A DNA stretch of 61,412 nt, counting the filler. It is 2 parts of 2 records of this genome, joined end to end, with 100 filler letters (N's around TTAATTAATTAA, not from the genome) between each part and the next. Parts side by side here need not be neighbours in the genome. Positions count along the whole stretch, not along the records: positions 30,657 to 61,412 come from SRR20825019_1888; 1 more part is not named here. One strand, written 5' to 3'. The notes under the pieces were generated by a model that was not told the DNA's origin, searched no databases, and saw nothing but the letters and a program-made list of their open reading frames with translations. Numbering within the stretch: position 1 is the stretch's first letter; every line of letters starts with the position of its first letter. Shown one piece after another: positions 38,148 through 47,921 of the stretch. The position numbers and the translations under genes were made by a program.

Positions 38148-38687
38148 ATGTCCGAGAAGACGGCAGCAGGGAAAACACTACAACCGGCATCGTGGCGCCG
38201 CCGTATCGGCGGCCTTGCCAGGCTTGCCGCTGTCGCGCCAACGCTCGGCGACAAGGCGCTGCGCCGTCGCGGTTTTGCCGAATCGCGCATTGTCAGCGAC
38301 TGGCCGGCCATCGTCGGCGAGGTGCTGGCCCTGCAATGCGCGCCCGAAAAGCTGGTCTTCGCCAAGGGGACGACCGGAGGCGGCACCCTGCATCTGCGTG
38401 TGGCCGGCGCCGCTGCCCTGGAAATACAGCATCAGATCCCGGTCCTGCTCGAACGCATCAACACTGTTTTCGGCTATTCCGCCATCGCCCGTATCGCCCT
38501 GAAGCAGGGTCCGCTGCCGAAGCGGCGCGAAAGCCTGCGCCCGAAATTGCGACCGCTGAAACCGGAAGAGGTCGCGCGGGTCACGGAAAGCGTCGCGGGG
38601 GTCGAGCGGAGCGATCTGCGGCAGGCGCTGGAAGATCTCGGCAAGGCGGTGACCGCCGCCGGAGCCAAAAAACGGACCTATTCCTGA
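38148..38687 (+). CDS. DUF721 / DciA family protein
   Basis: RRGF....W..IVG, LEIQH....ERIN..FG....I.L.QGP; position between mutY and dsbA is typical of Alphaproteobacteria. Confidence 0.82.
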   Translation: MSEKTAAGKTLQPASWRRRIGGLARLAAVAPTLGDKALRRRGFAESRIVSDWPAIVGEVLALQCAPEKLVFAKGTTGGGTLHLRVAGAAALEIQHQIPVLLERINTVFGYSAIARIALKQGPLPKRRESLRPKLRPLKPEEVARVTESVAGVERSDLRQALEDLGKAVTAAGAKKRTYS

Positions 38688-38766
38688 CATGATTCGGCTG
38701 CAGGCTATAACGGATCGGGCAATGCCTGCCGGAAGGCCCGCCGGTCGGGAGGATGTGTTACGGGGT

Positions 38767-38820
38767 CCAGTTGTTGCGGTTCGCCCAGTTCTTGCGGCTC
38801 GCCCAGTTCTTGCGGCTCGC
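38767..38820 (+). repeat. 18-bp tandem repeat, three copies
   Basis: CCAGTTGTTGCGGTTCGC followed by CCAGTTCTTGCGGCTCGC twice. Confidence 0.9.
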
Positions 38821-38866
38821 AAAGAGTCACATTAATATTTCAACATGTTGTAACAGGAGGCAAATC

Positions 38867-39484
38867 TTGCGCCGTAGAACGCTAAATCTTGTGTTGGGTC
38901 TGGGGTTGATCGCGCCCTTCACCGCCGGGTTGTCCTTTCCGGCCCTGGCCGACGGGGTCGATATGGACGTGGCGACCGCGCCCCGTGTGATCGGCGATCC
39001 CGATGCCAAGATCTCCCTCGTCGAATATTTCTCGATGACCTGCCCGCATTGCGCCCGGTTCCATACCGAAGTGCTGCCGCAGTTGAAGGAAAAATACATC
39101 GATACCGGCAAGGTAAAGCTGGAATTCAAGGATTTCCCGCTCGACCAGTGGGCGCTCCGTGCCTCCGCCATGGCCCGCTGTCTTGAAGGTAAGCGCTATG
39201 TTGGCATGGTCGATCTGCTGATGAAGAAGCAGGCGGACTGGGCACGCGGCGACAACCCGTTCACCGAGCTGGTCAAGTACGCGAAGCTGGCGGGACTTTC
39301 CGAAGAGCGCGTGCAGGAATGCATGACCGACGAGAAGCTGCTGGATTTCATCCTGAACGAGCGGCTGAAGGCGACCAAGGAACACGACATCAAGGCGACC
39401 CCGTCTTTTGTCATGAATGGACGCAAGCTGGACGATGTGTTCAGCTTTGAATCCTTCGAAGAGGTGATCGAGGACGCGCTTTAG
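38867..39484 (+). CDS. DsbA-family thiol-disulfide oxidoreductase
   Basis: AGGAGG RBS then TTG start; EYFSMTCPHCA, FPLD, ATPSF. Confidence 0.9.
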   Translation: MRRRTLNLVLGLGLIAPFTAGLSFPALADGVDMDVATAPRVIGDPDAKISLVEYFSMTCPHCARFHTEVLPQLKEKYIDTGKVKLEFKDFPLDQWALRASAMARCLEGKRYVGMVDLLMKKQADWARGDNPFTELVKYAKLAGLSEERVQECMTDEKLLDFILNERLKATKEHDIKATPSFVMNGRKLDDVFSFESFEEVIEDAL

Positions 39485-39533
39485 GCGCTGTCTGCTGATC
39501 GCGCATTGGGGCCGGGTAAGGAGCGTCTAACGG

Positions 39534-42500
39534 GTGCATCTTTCTAAGCTGCGTCTTTCGGGCTTCAAATCCTTCGTCGATCCGACCGAGCTGTTGATCG
39601 AGGAAGGGATGACGGGCGTTGTCGGGCCGAATGGCTGCGGCAAGTCGAATCTCGTCGAAGCCCTCAGATGGGTGATGGGAGAGACCTCCGCCAAGCAGAT
39701 GCGCGGCGGCGAGATGGACGACGTGATCTTCGGCGGCACGACTGGCCGCCCGGCCCGCAATCTCGCCGAAGTCGGCCTGATGGTGAATAACGAGGACCGC
39801 AAGGCACCGGCGGCCCTCAACGATGCGCCGGAGCTGGAAGTGATCCGGCGCATCGAACGCAACAAGGGCTCCGCCTACCGGGTCAATGGCCGGGAAGTGC
39901 GGGCCCGCGATGTGCAGCTTCTGTTTGCCGATGCCGGCACCGGCGCCCGGTCCGCCGGGCTGGTCAGCCAGGGCCGGATCGGCGCCATCATCAACGCGAA
40001 ACCGTCCGAGCGCCGCATCCTGCTGGAAGAGGCGGCGAATATCCGTGGCCTCTATGCCCGGCGCCGCGAGGCGGAGCTGCGGCTGCGCGCGGCGGAAACC
40101 AATCTCGAACGGCTGGAAGACGTGCTGAAGGCGCTGGAAGGCCAGTTGCACGGGCTGCGTCAGCAGGCCAAGCAGGCCCAGCGCTACCGGACGGTCGCCG
40201 AACAGATGCGCTCGGCCGAATCGGTGTTGCTGCATAGGCGCTGGGAAGCGACCAAGGAAGAACGGGCGGTTGCTGGCAAGGCTCTGGCCGAGGCCGGGGA
40301 CGCGGTTGCTGAAGCGACCCGCAAGGCGGCGGAGGCCGGCACGATCCAGACCGAGACTGCGGCCAGCCTGCCGTCCCTGCGGGAGGATGAGGCAAAGGCG
40401 GCGGCCGAGTTGCAGCGCCTGACCCTGGCCCGGGCCGAACTGGATAACGAGGAACGCCGCATCGTTACCGCGAAGAGCGAGGCGGAATTGCGTCTGCGCC
40501 AGATCGCGGACGATCTTGAGCGCGAGCAATTGCTGTCCGCCGATGCGGAGGAAGCGCTGGAACGGCTGAAGGGCGAGCATGCCGGGATTGCCGCCGCCCG
40601 CGAGGGCGAGGCGGAAGCGCAGGCGGAAGCCGCTGCGGCGCTGACCGAGATCAACCGCGCCGCCGATGCGCTGGAAGTTAAACTCTCCGAAATGACCGAG
40701 CATATCGCGACGACGGAGGCGCGGCGGGCCAGCCTGCAACGTCAGGCCCGGATGGCGCGGGAGCAGGTCGAACGGCTGACCCGGCAGATCGCGGGGCTTG
40801 AGGATGAACGGCAGCGCTTGAAGGACTCGGCGGCGGGGCCGGGGGAAGTCGAGGCGGCGGAACAGGCGGTGACGGAGGCCGAAGCGGCGCTGGAGGCGGC
40901 GCGTGCGGCGGCCGACGGATCGGAAGCTGCCCGAGAAGCCGCATCGGAAGCGGAAAGTGCCGCCCGGGACGCCTTGCAGCAGATCGAAGCCGGGCTGGCG
41001 AAGCTGACGGCGGAGGCGGGTGCACTCGACCAATTGCTGGCCGGTGATGGCGCTGACGGGGATGCGGCGCCGATTCTCGATTCCGTGTCGGCGGAGCCCG
41101 GTTACGAGACCGCGCTCGGTGCGGCGCTGGGGGATGATCTGACGGCACCGCTGGCCGAATCGGGCGGCGATCATGTGCGTTACTGGAACGGGAAGACGGG
41201 GGCGGATTCCGCAAGCTCCCTGCCGGCCGGAAACTCACTACCAGACAGTGTGGAGCCTCTGGCAAAGCGTGTGACGGGACCGGCCGCATTGGCGCGCCGT
41301 CTCGCGGCAACCGGCGTGGTTGCGGATTACGAGACCGCAAAGGCGCTGCAGCCCGCTCTGAGGGACGGCCAGCGTCTGGTCAGCCTGGATGGCGGGTTGT
41401 GTCGCTGGGACGGTTTCGTTGTCGCGCCCGGTGCGCCGAGCAGTGCGACTGTGCGGTTGCAACAGCGCAACCGGCTTGGCGCCCTGCAGGCCGAAATTGC
41501 TGTGGTGGAAAAGGACCGGGCGGGAGCGAGCGAGCGATTCGATGCCGCCCGCACCTCGCAGCGCGAAGCCGTGGAGGCCGAGAAGGCCGCACGCGAAGCT
41601 ATGCGGGCAGCCTTCTCGGAAAGTGAAGTAGCCCGAACCCGGCGCTCCAAACTGGCGGCCCTGCTGGCCGAGATCGACTCGAAGCTCTCCGCCATCGACG
41701 ATACCAAAGCCCGGTACGAGGGTGAGATCGAGGAGGCCGAACAACAGCGGGTGACGGCCGAGGCGGCGGAGGTCGAGCTGGACGATGTCGCCACTCTGCG
41801 GGCCGAGAGCGCCGCACTGCGGCAGGAGCTGGCGGAGACCCGCAACGCGCTGGCGGAAGCCCGAAGCGCCCATGATCATCTGGTGCGGGAGGCGGAAACC
41901 CGGCGCACCCGGCTGTCCGCCATCGAGGGCGAGCTTCGCTCCTGGTCGGACCGGAACGAGCGGGCGGCCTCACGCAAGGAAGAGCTGACCGAACGGCAGA
42001 TCGCGGAACGGACGGATATCGCCCGGCTGGAAGCGCGCCCGGCGGAAATCGAGACCCAGCGCAAGGCTTTGATCGATCAGATCACCCAGTCCGAGACCAA
42101 GCGAAAGCAGGCGGCGGATGTGCTGAGCGAGGCCGAGGCCCGCCAACGCACAGCCGACGATGTGGCGCGTCAGGCGGAACGGGAGCTGGCGGAAGCGCGC
42201 GAGACACATATCCGGGCCGAAGGTGCGCTGGAGCAGATCAATCAGGCGACCAATGCCTTGCGGGAGAGGATCGTCGAGCGTCTGAAATGCCGTCCGGACG
42301 AGATCCTGACGAAGGCCGGGATCGATCCTGAGGGGCCGCTGCCGGACGCGGACGAGGTTAGCAACCGGCTGGAACGGCTGACCCGGGAGCGGGAACGGAT
42401 CGGGGCGGTGAACCTGCGGGCGGAGCAGGAAGTCGAGGAGCTGGAGCAGAGAATCGCCGGCATGGAGAGCGAGCGGGACGACCTGATCCAGGCGATCTCC

Positions 42501-43025
42501 CGGCTGCGCGGCGCGATCCAGACCCTGAACCGGGAAGGCCGGGAGCGGTTGCTCGAATCCTTCGAGCGGGTGAACGCCCATTTCAAGGACCTGTTCAGCC
42601 GGCTGTTCGGCGGTGGGCAGGCGCATCTGAAGATGGTCGAGGATGACGATCCGCTCGATGCCGGGCTGGAAATCATGGCCAGCCCCCCGGGCAAGAAGAT
42701 GCAGGTCATGTCGCTGCTGTCCGGTGGCGAGCAGGCCTTGACCGCGGTGGCCCTGGTTTTCGCGGCATTCCTGACCAATCCGTCGCCGATCTGCGTGCTC
42801 GACGAGGTCGACGCGCCGCTTGACGATACGAATGTGGACCGGTTCTGCACGCTGCTGCAGGAAATCAGCAAGACCACGGGGACTCGGTTTCTGGTGATTA
42901 CCCACCACCGGCTGACCATGGCGCGGATGGACCGGCTGTTCGGAGTCACCATGGCTGAACGGGGTGTCAGCCAGCTCGTTTCCGTCGATTTGGCGGGTGC
43001 GGTGGAGCTTCGCGACGCGGTTTAG
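39534..43025 (+). CDS. smc: Chromosome segregation protein SMC
   Basis: GFKSF, GPNGCGKSN, long coiled coils with hinge, LSGGE, LDEVDAPLD. Confidence 0.97.
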   Translation: MHLSKLRLSGFKSFVDPTELLIEEGMTGVVGPNGCGKSNLVEALRWVMGETSAKQMRGGEMDDVIFGGTTGRPARNLAEVGLMVNNEDRKAPAALNDAPELEVIRRIERNKGSAYRVNGREVRARDVQLLFADAGTGARSAGLVSQGRIGAIINAKPSERRILLEEAANIRGLYARRREAELRLRAAETNLERLEDVLKALEGQLHGLRQQAKQAQRYRTVAEQMRSAESVLLHRRWEATKEERAVAGKALAEAGDAVAEATRKAAEAGTIQTETAASLPSLREDEAKAAAELQRLTLARAELDNEERRIVTAKSEAELRLRQIADDLEREQLLSADAEEALERLKGEHAGIAAAREGEAEAQAEAAAALTEINRAADALEVKLSEMTEHIATTEARRASLQRQARMAREQVERLTRQIAGLEDERQRLKDSAAGPGEVEAAEQAVTEAEAALEAARAAADGSEAAREAASEAESAARDALQQIEAGLAKLTAEAGALDQLLAGDGADGDAAPILDSVSAEPGYETALGAALGDDLTAPLAESGGDHVRYWNGKTGADSASSLPAGNSLPDSVEPLAKRVTGPAALARRLAATGVVADYETAKALQPALRDGQRLVSLDGGLCRWDGFVVAPGAPSSATVRLQQRNRLGALQAEIAVVEKDRAGASERFDAARTSQREAVEAEKAAREAMRAAFSESEVARTRRSKLAALLAEIDSKLSAIDDTKARYEGEIEEAEQQRVTAEAAEVELDDVATLRAESAALRQELAETRNALAEARSAHDHLVREAETRRTRLSAIEGELRSWSDRNERAASRKEELTERQIAERTDIARLEARPAEIETQRKALIDQITQSETKRKQAADVLSEAEARQRTADDVARQAERELAEARETHIRAEGALEQINQATNALRERIVERLKCRPDEILTKAGIDPEGPLPDADEVSNRLERLTRERERIGAVNLRAEQEVEELEQRIAGMESERDDLIQAISRLRGAIQTLNREGRERLLESFERVNAHFKDLFSRLFGGGQAHLKMVEDDDPLDAGLEIMASPPGKKMQVMSLLSGGEQALTAVALVFAAFLTNPSPICVLDEVDAPLDDTNVDRFCTLLQEISKTTGTRFLVITHHRLTMARMDRLFGVTMAERGVSQLVSVDLAGAVELRDAV

Positions 43026-43104
43026 AAGAGCACTTCAACGTCACAATTAGAAAAATATATATAAATCAATATATTAGGCGTGTTTTCGCAGTGCGGCTTC
43101 CGCC

Positions 43105-43133
43105 TTGACAGCGAAAGGACCCCTCCGTATGTT
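43105..43133 (+). promoter_or_regulatory. Sigma70 promoter of the F0 atp operon
   Basis: TTGACA-17 bp-TATGTT, preceded by an AT-rich tract. Confidence 0.7.
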
Positions 43134-43206
43134 TGCGGCGCTTTCGCGGGCCTTGGCTGGCGGAGGTGGGGTACATCAACTGGCTTCGGCCAATCGGGCT
43201 CGCTTC

Positions 43207-43578
43207 ATGACAGGTGATAAGCCTAGCGATCCTCCCTCACTCGACGATCTGGACACCAGATTAAGGCGAGCGCGTGGCGAGGATAAAAATGAAGGCGGTC
43301 CGAAAGGCGGTCGCGGTTCCATGGCTTCCGAGGGTCTCGGAATGGCGATGCGGATCGGGGTGGAGCTGGTTGCCGGAGTCGCTGTTGGCGCCGGTATCGG
43401 GTACTTCTTGGACAGATGGCTTGGGACCGGTCCCTGGCTGCTCATCCTGTTCTTCTTTCTGGGCGCTGCCGGCGGCATGATGAATGTCTACCGCGCTGCG
43501 ACTGGGGAAGGCTTGCAGATGGGCTACCGCCGGTCTTCGACAAACAACCGGCCCGATGATCGGGCCGGCGACGAATAG
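43207..43578 (+). CDS. atpI: ATP synthase protein I (AtpZ/AtpI family)
   Basis: ELVAGV..G..IG..LD.WLGT.PW..LG.A.G..NV. Confidence 0.88.
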   Translation: MTGDKPSDPPSLDDLDTRLRRARGEDKNEGGPKGGRGSMASEGLGMAMRIGVELVAGVAVGAGIGYFLDRWLGTGPWLLILFFFLGAAGGMMNVYRAATGEGLQMGYRRSSTNNRPDDRAGDE

Positions 43579-43589
43579 GGGAACGAGTC

Positions 43590-44324
43590 GTGGCATCACC
43601 GGTCGCACAGTTTGAGCTGAAATCTTACGGCCCCCAGATCGAGGTCGGCGGGATTGATCTCTCCTTCACCAATTCCGCGGCCATGATGGTCGTTGCGATT
43701 GTCGGCATTGTCGGATTCCTGACCCTGTCGATGAGCAGCCGGAAGCTGGTGCCGGGACGCTGGCAGCTGATGGCCGAGCTCTCCTACGAATTCGTCGCCA
43801 ACATGGTGAAAGAGAATGTCGGCAGCGAAGGACGCAAGTACTTCCCCTTCATCTTCTCCCTCTTCATGTTCATTCTGGCCTGTAACCTGTTCGGCATGAT
43901 CCCGTTCCCCGGCATCCACTACACGCCGACGAGCCAGATCATCGTGACCTTTGCCATGGCATTCGTTGTGTTCATCGGCGTCACGCTGATTGCCCTCGCC
44001 CGTCACGGCCTGAAATTCTTCACCTTCTTCTTCCCGTCCGGCGCGCCTGTCTACATGGCGCCGCTGTTGATCCCGATTGAGGTGATTTCCTATTTCGTGC
44101 GTCCGGTCAGCCTCTCCGTTCGTCTGTTCGCGAACATGATGGCCGGCCACACGATGCTGAAGGTGTTCGGCGGTTTTGTCGTCGCTCTCGGTGTCTTTGG
44201 GGTTGCGCCCCTTGCCTTGATTGTGGCACTGACCGCCTTCGAAATCCTGGTGGCGGTGCTCCAGGCCTATGTTTTCACCATTCTCACCTGCCTCTACCTG
44301 CACGATGCGATCCATCTGCACTGA
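43590..44324 (+). CDS. atpB: ATP synthase F0 subunit a
   Basis: PGRWQ, RPVSLSVRLFANMMAGH, LQAYVF. Confidence 0.97.
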   Translation: MASPVAQFELKSYGPQIEVGGIDLSFTNSAAMMVVAIVGIVGFLTLSMSSRKLVPGRWQLMAELSYEFVANMVKENVGSEGRKYFPFIFSLFMFILACNLFGMIPFPGIHYTPTSQIIVTFAMAFVVFIGVTLIALARHGLKFFTFFFPSGAPVYMAPLLIPIEVISYFVRPVSLSVRLFANMMAGHTMLKVFGGFVVALGVFGVAPLALIVALTAFEILVAVLQAYVFTILTCLYLHDAIHLH

Positions 44325-44401
44325 GGCCTGAGGGAACCAGAAACCGGGCCGGATCTCCGGCCTGATATGTGCACTACCTGATCCAAAGGAAGGATTTGAA
44401 C

Positions 44402-44626
44402 ATGGACGTTGAAGCCGCGAAGATGATTGGCGCCGGTATCGCTGTTATTGCCCTTATGGGCGTCGGCGTTGGTATCGGAAATATCTTCTCCACCCTCGTT
44501 GCTTCCATCGCCCGCAACCCGGCGGCGCGTAGCGAAGTCTTCGGCATCGGCATTCTGGGCTTCGCCCTGACCGAAGCCGTGGCGCTCTTCGCGCTGCTGA
44601 TCGCGTTCCTGATCCTGTTCTCCTAA
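44402..44626 (+). CDS. atpE: ATP synthase F0 subunit c
   Basis: GVGVGIG, ARNP, FALTEA. Confidence 0.97.
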   Translation: MDVEAAKMIGAGIAVIALMGVGVGIGNIFSTLVASIARNPAARSEVFGIGILGFALTEAVALFALLIAFLILFS

Positions 44627-44714
44627 GACCGGTTCGAGTGAGAGCCGCTGGCCGCGGATGCGGTGCGGCTCTCTCCGGTTTAACGAGAATCCTGGAACGG
44701 AATTGGACAGCGGT

Positions 44715-45308
44715 ATGAAGCGCTTGCTCAGATTTTCGGCTGTGCTCGGTGGCACCAGCGCCCTTGCGCTGATCGCCAATGGAGCCATGGCTGCCAGCGA
44801 AAGTGGCGGCGGCGGTACCTTGCCGCAGCTCGATGTCGGCACGTTTCCGACCCAGATCTTCTGGCTCTTTGTCACGTTCATCGTGCTCTATATCGCGATG
44901 TCAAAGATTGCCATCCCGCGCATCGAGTATGTGCTGGAAGAACGGCATAGCCGGATTGCCGAGGATCTCGACAAGGCAGGGAAGCTCAAGGCGGATGCCG
45001 AAGAGGTTCAGGCCAACTACGAGAAGGCTCTGGCGGATGCCCGTGGCTCTGCCCAGAAGCTGATCGGTAAGACCAAGGACGAAGCTGCCGGCAAGAATGC
45101 GAAAGCAGAGGCGGAAGCCGATGCCGTCGCAGCCAAGCAGGTCAAGGAAGCCGAAGCCCGGATCGATGAAGCCCGCACCGAAGCACTCTCGAACGTCAAG
45201 GACGTGGTGAGCGAGGTTGCTGGTGATGCGGTTGCCAAGCTGATTGGTGTCAAGGTGACCAAGACCGACCTTAACAAGGCGGTCGCACTGGCCATGGAGA
45301 CGAAGTGA
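44715..45308 (+). CDS. ATP synthase F0 subunit b'
   Basis: LPQLD..TFPTQIFWL, TM, then coiled coil. Confidence 0.9.
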   Translation: MKRLLRFSAVLGGTSALALIANGAMAASESGGGGTLPQLDVGTFPTQIFWLFVTFIVLYIAMSKIAIPRIEYVLEERHSRIAEDLDKAGKLKADAEEVQANYEKALADARGSAQKLIGKTKDEAAGKNAKAEAEADAVAAKQVKEAEARIDEARTEALSNVKDVVSEVAGDAVAKLIGVKVTKTDLNKAVALAMETK

Positions 45309-45811
45309 TGGAACATGATCCGACATTACTGGGCCTGGGGGCTTCAGGCTGGGTCGCTGTCGCCTTTATCATTTTCGTCATTGCCGCGATCAAACCGGTC
45401 GTCTCGAAGGTTGGCGGCATGCTGGACGTTAAGTCTGCTGCCATCGGTGCCCAGCTGAAGGAAGCCGAAGCCCTGCGCGAGGAAGCACAGGCTGCTCTGG
45501 CGAACTATCAGCGCCTTCAGCGTGATGCGCTCAAGGAAGCCGAAGAGATTGTTGCTCACGCCAAGGAAGAGGCTGCCCGTATCCGCAAGGACGCGAAAAA
45601 GCATCTGACGGAATCCCTCAAGCGCCGTGAAGAACAGGCCGCCGAGAAAATCGCGCGGGCTGAAGCTCAGGCTCTTCAAGATGTTCGCAATCAGGCCGTT
45701 GAATTGGCTATGGTGGCGACCGGTAACCTTTTGGCCGACAAGATGACGGCCGAGGTGAACGACAAGATCGTCAAGAACGCGGTCGCTGATCTTCCGGCCC
45801 GGCTTCAGTAG
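45305..45811 (+). CDS. atpF: ATP synthase F0 subunit b
   Basis: WVAVAFIIF TM, charged helix, KIARAEAQA. Confidence 0.9.
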   Translation: MMEHDPTLLGLGASGWVAVAFIIFVIAAIKPVVSKVGGMLDVKSAAIGAQLKEAEALREEAQAALANYQRLQRDALKEAEEIVAHAKEEAARIRKDAKKHLTESLKRREEQAAEKIARAEAQALQDVRNQAVELAMVATGNLLADKMTAEVNDKIVKNAVADLPARLQ

Positions 45812-45847
45812 AGCCCAGATCGCTTAAACGAACATATAACGTTTCGA

Positions 45848-45873
45848 AAGACCCCGCTTTGGCGGGGTTTTTT
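45848..45873 (+). terminator. Intrinsic terminator of the atp F0 operon
   Basis: ACCCCGC-TTTG-GCGGGGT followed by a T-run. Confidence 0.85.
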
Positions 45874-46060
45874 GTTGCCAAATTTATGTAAATTAACCGG
45901 GAATTGGCTGCTCTTTACATCAAACCGTCATTTGCCCTCGGTAGCGGCCGGAATTAACTCTCAAACATTCATAACGCTGTGGCGGCCTGGTGCCGTCATA
46001 ACCCGTCTTCAGGCCCGGATCCTGTTGCAGGTGTGGAACCCGTTACAAGTGTAAGAGAGT

Positions 46061-47908
46061 GTGATGTCGGACATTGCCTTCGAACAGCAGGATGTCGGGA
46101 TGGAGACGGAGCCGCGCGAGTCCTCCTCGGGTCTCGGCTCCCGTATCAGCACGAAGCTGGTTCTGTCGGCCGCCGTGATGACGGCTCTGGTCTTCGCCGG
46201 ATTTCTGGCCGCTATCTATATCGTCGTTTCGATGGTCGCAGAGAGAGAGGACCAGCGCGCGGCCTTGCTCCGGGCGATGAACCAGGACCTCCGGTCGCAG
46301 GTGATGATCCTGCAGCAGAACTATTTCCAGATCCCGCAAAGGCTTGAAGTAAACCCTTCAGCGGAGCTGAAGAGCTGGGCCGCCCAAAATGGCGCGACGG
46401 AGGTTCTGCATTCAGGCCGCGATGCCATCGTTGCCCGATACAAACAGCGCAAACAGCGCCGGGATCTCCAGAAGGAAGCGAAGTTCGTTGTCGAGGATGT
46501 GGATGGCGGCGCCGCCATCTCCTTCGGCGTGTTCGAAGGTGGCGAATATAGTGAATCGGTGACTGAGCTGATCATCCCCGGTGTCGATGCCGACGCGGCC
46601 AACCGGAAGATCGCCGACCTCTTCAACGCGGCCAGCCTCGAGCAGCGTCTGGCAATCGTGAAAGGGGAGTTGGCGGACGAAGCATTGGCGGCGGAGCAAA
46701 TCCGCAACGCGATCGTGCAGGAGAATGAAAAGATCCTGGCCAAGGAAGATGAATTGCAGGTTTTTGCGGCGCAGGCCCGGGGACTGCTGGCGATCATGGC
46801 TGGTGCCGGAACCTTGCTCGCCATCGCGGCTGCCTATGCATCAAGCCGGATCATCGTTACCCGGCCGCTTGAGCGGGTGACGCAAGCGATCAGGGCCGTG
46901 TCTGCAATGGAGCCGGTGACGGTCCCCTATCTTGAACGCAAGGATGAGATTGGCACGATCGCGCGCCGTGTCGGGCAGTTCCAGTCGGTGCTGGATGAAA
47001 ATGCCCTGCTGCAGGAGCGGACAAGTGCGGCACATGATGCGCAGGCGCAGGAAGTCGAGCGCCGCGAGCTGATCCTGAAATCCTTCGAGAAGGAGATCGG
47101 CCAGATCCTCGCCGAGGTCGCGGACGCGACACAGCGGATGGAAGACGTTACCCGGACGATGAAGGATTCGGTTTCCGGCGCGGCCGGAAGCGCGGAGAAA
47201 GCCCGCTCGGCATCAAGCACGGCGGCTGCCGGTGCGGGCGGTGTGTCCGACGCGGCGGCTTCTCTCGACCGCTCCATATCGGACCTCGGGCTGGTTATCC
47301 AGGCTGCGGCGGAATCATCCGCGCTGGCCTCCCAACGGGCGGAGAGCACGACCGAGACCGTGGGGCAACTGACGGCACTGGCAGGCGAGGTGGGGGGCTT
47401 TGCCGACATCATCAGCTCGGTTGCCCATCAGACGAACCTGCTGGCCATGAATGCCACCATCGAGGCAGCCCGGGCCGGTGAAATGGGGCGCGGCTTCGCG
47501 GTGGTTGCCGGTGAGGTGAAATCGCTTGCCGGACAAACCGAAGACGCAGCTTTGCAGATTTCGCGTCAGGTCGCCGAAATGCGGTCCGTCATCGACGCCG
47601 CGGTGTCTGCCATCGGCGAGGCGATCGAGAGCGTGGCATCGATTGATCGGAATACCCAGGATGCGGTTTCCGCCATGACCGCCCAGACGGAAGCAACGCG
47701 GGAGATCGCGAGCAGTGCCGACGGTGCGGCGGCGGCAAGCAACGAGGTCAATTCCGGTATTGCCAGCCTTGCTGAAGCGACGGTGCAGAGCGAGGAAGCG
47801 GCGCGGGAGGTCGATGCGACGGCCGATGCCATGAGTGCCCTCAGCCGCCGTCTGCGCATGCTCAGTACGAGTTTCTTCCAGGATATCCGGGTGGCGCCCG
47901 CCGAGTAG
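46061..47908 (+). CDS. Methyl-accepting chemotaxis protein
   Basis: Two TMs, HAMP (RKDEIG), QTNLLAMNATIEAARAGEMGRGFAVVAGEVK. Confidence 0.95.
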   Translation: MMSDIAFEQQDVGMETEPRESSSGLGSRISTKLVLSAAVMTALVFAGFLAAIYIVVSMVAEREDQRAALLRAMNQDLRSQVMILQQNYFQIPQRLEVNPSAELKSWAAQNGATEVLHSGRDAIVARYKQRKQRRDLQKEAKFVVEDVDGGAAISFGVFEGGEYSESVTELIIPGVDADAANRKIADLFNAASLEQRLAIVKGELADEALAAEQIRNAIVQENEKILAKEDELQVFAAQARGLLAIMAGAGTLLAIAAAYASSRIIVTRPLERVTQAIRAVSAMEPVTVPYLERKDEIGTIARRVGQFQSVLDENALLQERTSAAHDAQAQEVERRELILKSFEKEIGQILAEVADATQRMEDVTRTMKDSVSGAAGSAEKARSASSTAAAGAGGVSDAAASLDRSISDLGLVIQAAAESSALASQRAESTTETVGQLTALAGEVGGFADIISSVAHQTNLLAMNATIEAARAGEMGRGFAVVAGEVKSLAGQTEDAALQISRQVAEMRSVIDAAVSAIGEAIESVASIDRNTQDAVSAMTAQTEATREIASSADGAAAASNEVNSGIASLAEATVQSEEAAREVDATADAMSALSRRLRMLSTSFFQDIRVAPAE

Positions 47909-47921
47909 GCGAGCGCCAGGA

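Noticed and set aside
37320-38687. 455-aa ORF suggesting a long DUF721 fusion
   Set aside because: The first 276 codons are largely antisense to mutY; the real gene likely starts at 38148.
39534-43025. SMC as part of a Wadjet or Lamassu defence system
   Set aside because: Canonical housekeeping Smc in the usual mutY-DUF721-dsbA-smc order with no defence partners; the 577-aa antisense ORF here is a shadow.
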